A DNA stretch of 64,000 nucleotides from positions 67,084,001 through 67,148,000 of the forward strand of contig OX597815.1 of NCBI GenBank assembly GCA_951406725.2, written 5' to 3'. The position numbers were made by a program, and so were the translations under genes. Below the pieces are notes generated by a model. That model made no database searches. It had not been told where the DNA came from and saw only the letters and a program-made list of their open reading frames with translations. This document shows, piece by piece, positions 54,117 to 64,000 of this stretch. Each line of letters starts with the position of its first letter. Position 1 is the first letter of the stretch. This stretch comes from Octopus vulgaris. Taxonomy: Eukaryota.

Positions 54117-54215
54117 TATTATTATTATCATCATCATCATCATAATTATTATTATTATTATTATTATTATCACCACCATTATCATCATCATTATTATGTG
54201 ATGAAAACCCACAGC

Positions 54216-54277
<62 letters not shown>

Positions 54278-54989
54278 TTGTGTCTAGAGAGAGTTATTAT
54301 GCTTAACGCATTTCATCCGTCTTTATGTTCGGAGTTCAAATCCCACCGAGATCGACTTCATTTTCATCCTTTCGAGGTTGATAAAATAAGTAACAGTTGA
54401 GAACTGGGTCGACTCAATGGATTAGGTCAAACTCTCAAACCCTCAAAATTTCAGGCCTTGTGCCTATAGCAGAAAACATTATTATAAAAAGCTTTTCTTC
54501 GGTAGTTTCAGGCGAGTTTCTGCTGCACCACCTTGTGTACCTTCATGTTCCTGAGGGGTATGCGGCAGTTTGTTCCTTTTTTTTTTAGTATTGGTGGAAA
54601 TATCGACTTCCGCTATTGGTGTGGTGAAACGGTTTGTTTTGTTATGGTGCTTAGTTTCTTGTTTCTTCTTATATCAAGATATGTTCTGTTGTGCGTAGTG
54701 TGTAATGCGAGTTGTATTTTTCCATTGGACCTTAAACTTGTATAGTTTACATTATGAGGTGCTTCTTGCATAAGGTGTGTATTGTGTGCAGAAGTTGTCC
54801 TATTTGAGCTATTCTGTTGAATTGATAGTGTCTTGCTCAAGATATGGCTGTTCCTAGTAGAGTTATTTTTGGTCAGTGTGTAGTGTTGTAAGTCACGGTA
54901 TTGCCTCTTTTGCAACTGAATAAGGGGTTTCTTGGTTTTGTGCTTGAATACAATTTTTAGCATTTGGTTAACAGATTTTTCAGATAAAT

Positions 54990-55360
54990 AGACGCAGGCG
55001 TGGCTGTGTGCATACGCACGAACGTGGCTGTGTAGTAAGAAGTTTGCTTCCCAACTGGTTTCACTCTCGCAGCGTGGAACCTTGGGCAAGTATTTTTTAC
55101 TATAGCCTCGAGCTGATCAAAGCCTTGTGAGAGGATTTGGATTTGGTAGACGGAAACTGAAAGAAGCCCGTTGTATGTATGTATGTATATCTATGTGTGT
55201 GTGTCTTTGTGTCCGTATTGGTCTCACCACCGCTTGACAACCTTTGTTGGTGTACTAAGCTTAAAAACAAAAACTTTAAGGGCGATTTGTTTGACTAAAA
55301 CCCTTCAGAGCGGTGCCCTAGCTTGGCTTCAGTCAAATCACTGAAACAAGTAAAAGATAA
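54990..55360 (+). mobile_element. tRNA/CORE-type SINE, near full length
   Basis: 'gcaggcgtggctgtgtg...ccttgggcaagt...gaaacaagtaaaagata'. Confidence 0.85.
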
Positions 55361-55671
55361 ATGTTTAGGCCAATTTTGACAATTTTCAGAATGTCGGATA
55401 AAAGGTTTTAATGGAATTAGTTATGTCCGTTTAAATAAGTTATGTCCGTTTAAATAAGTTCTAAATTCGAATAATGTGGAAGTACACTTGACTCCCATCA
55501 CACAGTGATTCAAATTTGTTGGATTTGTGCTTAAATTAGAATTATGTGATGGGATCAAAGTCCACTTCCAAGCTATTTGAACTTGTAACTTATTTCAATG
55601 ACTTTTGTAAAGCATTTTATCCGACATTCTATCATTTCTGCAATTAAGTAGATACTACTACTACTACTACA

Positions 55672-55723
<52 letters not shown>

Positions 55724-55749
55724 ATAATAATAATAATAATAATAATGAT

Positions 55750-55965
55750 AAACCTTTCTACTATAGGCATAAGGTCTGAAATTTTGGGGGAGAAGATAAG
55801 TCGATTACATCGACCCCTATGCATAACTGGTACTTATTTCATCGATCCCAAAAGGAAGAAAGGCAAAGTCGACCTCATTGGAATTTTGAACTCAGAATGT
55901 AAAGATGGATGAAATACCACTAAACATGTCGCCCGGTGTGCTAACGATTCTGCCAGTTCGCCTTA
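55750..55965 (-). mobile_element. tRNA-derived SINE
   Basis: Reverse complement of the 2385 family. Confidence 0.8.
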
Positions 55966-55993
55966 TTATTACTATTTATTTATTTATTTATTC

Positions 55994-56156
<163 letters not shown>

Positions 56157-56157
56157 G

Positions 56158-56236
<79 letters not shown>

Positions 56237-56299
56237 TCAATAATAATAATAATAACAACAACAACAACAATAATAATGACAAAAAAAAGAAGTGATGAG

Positions 56300-57415
56300 A
56301 ATGGAAAAAAAACGAGAAAATGGTGACAACAGACGGACCCTTCCACCCTAAGAGTGACACCGATAGGCTGTACTTGTCCAGAAGAAAGGGTGGGAGAGGT
56401 TTGATCAGTTGCCAGGACTGTATCGAAGCAGAGGAAAACAGTTTAGGGTGGTATATAAAAATGTCTTGGAGCCATTGTTGAAACACACGAAGGCTGGCGT
56501 CATCAAAACTGAGAATTATGTAATGAAAGAAAAAATTAAAGAAGAAATGAACACAAAAAAGAAACAGCATGGAAGGATAACAAAATGTGTGATCAGTTTG
56601 CAAGAGATGCGAACGCCAAGACAGATATAGAAGACCGGTGGCTATGGATGAGGAAGAATGACCTGAAAATAGAGACAGAAGCACTCATATGCACAGCTTA
56701 AGAACAAGCGTTTAGGACCAACTATGTGAAGTACAAGATAGACAACACTACTGACAGCGACAAATGCAGAATGTGTAGTGAGAGGGGTGGAACGGCATGG
56801 CACATCATTAGCGAATGCCCGAAATTGGCACAACGCGAATACAAAATACGTCATGATAATGTGGCAAGAATGATCCGTCGGGAGCTCTGTGGAAATCACG
56901 GCGTACAAAGAGCAAAGACGTGGTATGAGCAAACCCCAGAAGGAGTCACCGAGAATGAGAATTACAAAATCCTGTGGGATACAATGATTCAGTGCGATCA
57001 CCTGACCAAATATCGGAAACCGGACATTGTTGTGGTGAATAAAAAAGAAAGAACATGCATGATAATCGACATAGCATGTCCCGGTGACAACAGGATCAAT
57101 GAGAAAGAAGAAGAAAAAATAAACAACTATGACGATTTAAAGTGGGAAATACGAAGGCTGTGGTCATTGAGGAGAGTAGACGTGATAGCAATGGAGCATT
57201 TGGAAGTATCAGCACTCAACAACCTACATGGCTGAAAATGATTGGTGAAAGTATAGATAGAACACCTACAAAAATCAACATTGCTTGGAACTGCAAGAGT
57301 TCTTTTCAGGGTTCTTGAAGAATGACCAGTAAACAAGTGTCTCCTCAGCTGGCTGTGGACAGCTGACACTTTCCATCATACCCAGCAAAATAAGCTGTGA
57401 GTTTTCATCACATAA
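56300..57415 (+). mobile_element. R4/Dong-clade retrotransposon 3' part
   Basis: HPKSDTDRLYLSRRKGGRGL, CCHC motif CRMC...HIISEC, RHDNVA, REL endonuclease KPDIVVV...IIDIACPGD; inserted in (TAA)n. Confidence 0.9.
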
Positions 57416-57471
57416 TAATGATGATGATGATGATGATGGTGATGATGGTGATGATAATAATAATAATAATA

Positions 57472-57559
<88 letters not shown>

Positions 57560-57561
<2 letters not shown>

Positions 57562-59010
57562 TGGTATTTTCCTGGGTGAATATCTATCACCACTCCTCTT
57601 TTGTCTAGTCCAGGTAGCTCTTCCCAAATTGCTCAATGAAGCACAATGTGCCTATGATATTTCTAGTAAAATTGAAAATCATCGTTTCTACATGGATGAT
57701 TTAAAGCTCTTTGCGAAAAGTGACCACCAACTACAAGGCTTATAAGCAGTTGTCAGACAGTTTAGTCATGACATCAGGATGGAATTTGGCTTCTATAAAT
57801 GAGCAAAAGCTATCTTTATTTAGGGTAAGGGCAATACAGAGCTAAATGCAAGAAACAGGATCAAAGTAATTAATACTTAAGCCGTACCGGTCGTAACTTA
57901 TAGTTTCATTATCCTTAACAGGTTAAACACCGAAACCTATAAGCTTGATAGAAAAATCAGAAAATTGTTGATAGTAAATAAAATGCACTACCCTAAGGTA
58001 GATGTGGAAAGATTTTACCTGCAAAGAAAAGACGGTGACCGTGGACTCTTACAACTTGAATTGACACTGAAAGTTGCCACTATTGACCTGAACAATTATC
58101 TGGAGAATTCTGATGGCTGGATGCTAAAACTTGTCTTAAAGCACGAAAACAAGAAACCTTTATTCTGTAACAAAAGAAACAAGGAAATATCTAAGTGAAT
58201 TCCAGATGTAGCAAGTCCCAGAATTAGACGGATTGGGAACAAGCACAGAAAAAGCTAAACGTATGAAACCCTTGCTAAAAAAGCTGGCTTAAATATTCTT
58301 ACTGATAAATGGCAAGAAAACTCACACAATGTCAAATACCCAAAGAGAGCTAACAATACTGATTGTGACAAAGCTCTTACCGGTCGAGGGTTAGCGTCTT
58401 CTGGCTATCAGATTAACAACATTAATCCAACATGTCATGTATATAAACAACAGACTGAAACTATCGATCATACTGTCTCACTGTGGCTCCTTCTTGCGCC
58501 CTCAGAGTATCTCAACAAGCATGATAGAGCGGCACAATATATTCACTGGTAAATTTGCAAGGATCTGGACTTGTCCCAAGATAAAAACTGGTGAGAACAC
58601 AAAACATTTCCAAAACTTGAAAATGATCATATCTCACTTCTATGGAACTTTTCTGTTCAAACTGACAGAAAGATAGATGCAAATAGGCCAAGCATTATAT
58701 TGAAGGATTTCAGACAAAAGTCATGCCTCCTCATCAATATGACTCTCCGATCGACATAAACGTATCTGTGAAGACCTACCAAAATCCGAGTGAATATAAT
58801 AGAAATCGGCAAAATGGGGAAACTTCAATCAATACTAGAACAATACCTGTTGTCATAGGTGCTCTAGGAATGATAACAAAAGGGGTTGATAGTTACCTGA
58901 TTGTTACCTGTTTCAGATTTCAGGAAATTCAAAATGGAAGAAATTCAAAAAACAGTTCTCATGAGAACTGGTCATATCCTACGGAAATACCGACTATGCA
59001 ATTCTAAAGA
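57560..59010 (+). mobile_element. Second R4/Dong-clade retrotransposon, 5'-truncated and decayed
   Basis: YMDDLKLFAK, MHYPKVDVERFYLQRKDGDRGL and IPVVIGALG; begins right after (TAA)n. Confidence 0.85.
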
Positions 59011-59359
59011 TTAAAATGCATTTTAATATGTAAACGTAGCAAAACTACTTTTAAATGTACATAAAAGCTAACACTTTTTACTACCATCTTAAGATCACGC
59101 TATCATCTTATCACCAAACTACTTTTTAAACAAACTTTTAATTTTCTTATGGTTTGAAAGACATTCTCTAGAACAATCCTATGTGCAAATCTAAAAACAT
59201 GGCAGTTATCAACCACCCTAGCTATAATACTGACCTGAATTTCTAACTTGTTTATTGATGTCTCTCGATGAGACTTGGAGTCAACTTTTATAAGCACAAA
59301 GCAAAATCCGAACGTATGGCAGCAGCAGCGATGACAACAACGACAGCAACAACAACGAT

Positions 59360-60120
<761 letters not shown>

Positions 60121-60129
60121 ATAATTATA

Positions 60130-60209
<80 letters not shown>

Positions 60210-60914
60210 CATATTAATAATAACGAAGGTGATGATAGTGATGATGATGACGACAACAAAAACATAGTTACAATATGTATGCATGTATGCTGTATGTAAG
60301 TGCAGGCACACCACTAATTTACCAATTTGCCGGCATACTTGGTTACACACTTGTGTTGGATTATTTATTTCGCTGCATTGAAAGATGTCATGTGATAATA
60401 ATTCTGAGTAATAACTTTTCAGCTACTAAATCCTCATGACTGGTCTTTATTTATTCATTAGAAGCAGTATGCTATAAAGTTGAAAGCATTCTTCCATTCT
60501 TTCAATTATAATAATGCGAAGATGCAAGTGCTAACCTTCTAACCACTGGGCCTCTTCATTGGAAACATATCTCTTAGAGGCGTATATTCACTTTTTACTC
60601 CGTTATTCTGGGAGACTGTATCTATGCATTGCAGATAAGTTTTCCATTAACATACTCTGCTCTGTTACATTTGAGAGAGGATCTTTAGAATGTTAGTATG
60701 TGATGCTTTAGTTTTAGTTTTAAGCATTTACACTTTCATATTATCATAGTTAGGGCTAGAGAGAATATTTCTGCCTTCATTATAGGTTACTAGTGAATAA
60801 ACAAGTGTGTCATGAAGACTTTGTAGAAATAAAATTATTAATAATGAGCACAAGAAATTTAAGTGTCCTTACAAAACTATGTCTGGATCATGAGATGCCG
60901 GAAGATCGGAAGCG

Positions 60915-60970
<56 letters not shown>

Positions 60971-61033
60971 CATACACATAAATGAATTATTGAACATACA
61001 TATACATATATACATACATATATACAGATATAC

Positions 61034-61120
<87 letters not shown>

Positions 61121-62437
61121 CATACATACATAAATGAATTATTGAACGAGTGAAGCATATCTCACCAATGCTAAACAACAGTGTAAAAGTACAGTCTTTT
61201 TCTCTTCCTATTTGCTTTTGATATTTTTGTCTGTTTCTTATCTTTTTTTCTATTAAATAATTTTGTAGTCTTATGTCTTAAACTTAAATCTCACTCGAAA
61301 TCTTCAAAAGACAAATTTAGCTACATCTTGCAAGACTACAATTTAATAACAACGCAAATCTGTTAATTTTATTTGGAATTTCAATATATTTCATGAAGAC
61401 TCAAACAAAATACGCTCTTAGTTGCACAGTTCTGAACTGAACATTGACATACACCCACTGTATCGGCAGATCGTGCAAGTTGTGCAACGATAATCTTGTC
61501 TATCACTACATGAAATATATTTAAATATAAATAAATTTAACAGATTTGTGGGTTAGGAATCGACTCTTCCATGATGTATTCACTTCAGGTTTTAAAACAG
61601 TCTCAGACGAAGTCACTTGTGTGACAAGTAGGACTCTGGAATATAAGTTTAGTTTTTTTCTGCTCCAGTAGATTGGCAATAGCCATTATGTATTTTTCAA
61701 CTGTTTGGGCAATTAACTGAAGAATTCTGAATGACATATTGTTTTATTATGGTTTTAGAATATAAACAGCAACAATTGACATTAACCACAGAAAAAGCAT
61801 TTCCACGCAGAGAAACAAGCGAAGACGGAAACAAAAGCATAAACATTCGTTCACACACGCCATGAACATATACATATTTACATACAAATAAACCCAGTCC
61901 ACATGCATACATATATACATAAATATACACATGGATATATATTACACACATTCGTACATACCCACTGCATTATACACATACGCACACACACATATACGTT
62001 AGATGTCTTTTTCGCAATCAGTCATTCATGGTGTTCAGTACGTTAACACATTCATTACTCTTAAAAATAAGAACTCGTTTTAAATCATCCTAAACACAAG
62101 CATAACATGTTTACACACAACTTCGTATTTACAGATTTTCAATCAGATTCATACATTTTAAGCAGTGCTGTAAGTATGTATTTTTAGATATATATTCTAT
62201 ATCTTTTATTGTTGGAACAGGAAATTCACACATGCACTTTGTTTTTTGTTTCAATTAGTTATAGTCGTTGGACGGCAGCCATGTTGGAGTACCGTCATGA
62301 AAAGACTTAGTCGACTATAATGACTCACCACTACTTAATTTATTGATTTCGATTTGTCGAACCTTTGGATTACGGGTCATAAAGGGACAAATCATTAACA
62401 TCATTCCTCTGCTACACTTTTAAAGAGGGTCGCTAGT

Positions 62438-62680
62438 AAAAGAAAGAAAATATTTACATTTCCATCAAAACAACCTACTGGTTTTAATCGATTTAAAAAA
62501 AAATCATTTAATCATGCTGAAAGAGAAAGGAAAACAAATTGAAATAAATTAAATTAATCTTTCTTGGTATCTGATGCCACGAAAAATTAATTTAAAGATT
62601 AATTTAATGACTAAATTATTTCTAACAGGATTGAAACCAGTAGCATATTTTGATAAAAATGTAAATATTTTCTTTCTTTT
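62438..62680. repeat. Imperfect inverted repeat (~50-bp arms)
   Basis: aaaagaaagaaaatatttacatt...ctactggttttaatc pairs with gattgaaaccagtag...aatgtaaatattttctttctttt. Confidence 0.7.
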
Positions 62681-62722
62681 GTGCATGATAAAGTTCTCAA
62701 GGAATTTTCTTGTTTTTGTTTC

Positions 62723-62785
<63 letters not shown>

Positions 62786-63108
62786 ATATAGATATTTATA
62801 TATAATGAAGTGTAATATAAATAATATATCATATGTCACATATCCCAATTGGAGATGCATCATATCACAGACATGTGTACTTCATTTACCATACATGTAT
62901 ATATACCATATATCACACATTTTCCGCGTATTAATACACCGAAATATTTATGTTTTGAAATATATACACTCACAAAAACATACATATACACCCTGAAAAC
63001 GCACACAAACACACACATGGTATGTGTACATACTGCTTGTGTGAAAAAAGTATTTTAGGATTCCTACTGGAATTGAATAATTTAATTCTTATAGTAGTTC
63101 ATGGGACA

Positions 63109-63154
<46 letters not shown>

Positions 63155-63196
63155 GTATATATATATGCATATATATATGTGTCTGTGTGTATGTAC

Positions 63197-63235
<39 letters not shown>

Positions 63236-63415
63236 TTCTACATATGCATGTGCGCATGTACGTGTATATTTATAATATTTTTTGCACTTTGATCATAACT
63301 AAAAGACTAAAAAGCAATATATATATGTATATATATATATATAATACTGCTTCTTGGTATATATAATATATATGTATATATATGTGTAATACATATATTT
63401 TCATATATATATACA

Positions 63416-63466
<51 letters not shown>

Positions 63467-63794
63467 ATGTCACATCATACCACAGCTAACAAAATGTGAA
63501 TAAAATATCGACACATTCATACAGACACACATACACAGACATATACACACACGCATGCACGCATACAGACACATACACACACGCACGCACACTTGTAGCA
63601 ATATATTTGATTAAATTCTTCGCTTTTCTTTTTTTCTGTCTTTAATTTTCCTGATTTCTTCAGTTTTCAATTGTTTGTTTATTTTATTTTATTTATTCAT
63701 TTATTTAATTATTCATTTATATATTTATTCATTTATATATTCATCCATTTGTTTATCTGTTCATGTATTCATTTATTTATTCTGTGGAATGTCA

Positions 63795-64000
63795 TCACCT
63801 GTTGAATATCGTGGAACTTTTTATTGAGTTAAAAGAAAAAGTTGGAGCAACACATTTGGGAGGATCCGGCGTACCAAAGGTTTCCACGTTGAGTTTCTCG
63901 CTCTTCTTTTTAGAAGGGGTCAACCGAACTGCATTACGAGAACTAATGGACGGGTCTTCTGGGAAATAATTGAATGGCGTCAACAAAAACGAGAGTTCTG
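63795..64000 (-). CDS. Terminal coding exon (partial) of a copper-containing amine oxidase, AOC1/diamine oxidase-like
   Basis: ELSFLLTPFNYFPEDPSISSRNAVRLTP...PPKCVAPTFSFN* matches the AOC C-terminal signature FLLRPFNFFPEDPS. The frame is open to the window edge, stop TGA at 63795-63797, and several AATAAA lie downstream on the minus strand. Confidence 0.85.
   Translation of the reverse strand, partial: ELSFLLTPFNYFPEDPSISSRNAVRLTPSKKKSEKLNVETFGTPDPPKCVAPTFSFNSIKSSTIFNR

Noticed and set aside
54490-54970. Part of a 158-aa ORF; possible PLE remnant
   Set aside because: The ORF starts within a SINE and no diagnostic motif could be read confidently
60967-61147. 20-bp direct repeat flanking a TA tract, resembling a TSD
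   Set aside because: Only microsatellite lies between the copies; better explained by local tandem duplication or slippage
61603-61635. Hammerhead-like CAGACGAA-GTCAC-TTGT-GTGAC-AAG
   Set aside because: Stem II is perfect but both core strands are broken and stems I and III are absent

Overview
AT-rich, microsatellite-laden eukaryotic DNA. The SINE families and repeat landscape suggest an octopus or other coleoid cephalopod (inference, not verified). Almost all of the window is non-genic and filled with decayed mobile elements: tRNA-derived SINEs, mariner/Tc1 relics, a Chapaev3-like DNA transposon, non-autonomous Helitrons, and RTE, CR1/L2-type, Tx1/L1-type, R4/Dong-type and Penelope-like retroelements. 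The only host coding sequence I can support is the final coding stretch of a copper amine oxidase (AOC1-like) gene on the minus strand at the right edge. The most interesting signal is a set of hammerhead ribozyme (HHR) motifs from several sequence-unrelated Penelope-type terminal repeats. Three of these form fold-back cassettes inserted in (TA)n tracts, with back-to-back HHR motifs. One family has a compensatorily swapped catalytic core (G3:C8, GTGAACA). Two others have a C4 core with a very long stem II. Most long ORFs in the supplied track are microsatellite artefacts. Boundaries of decayed elements are approximate.
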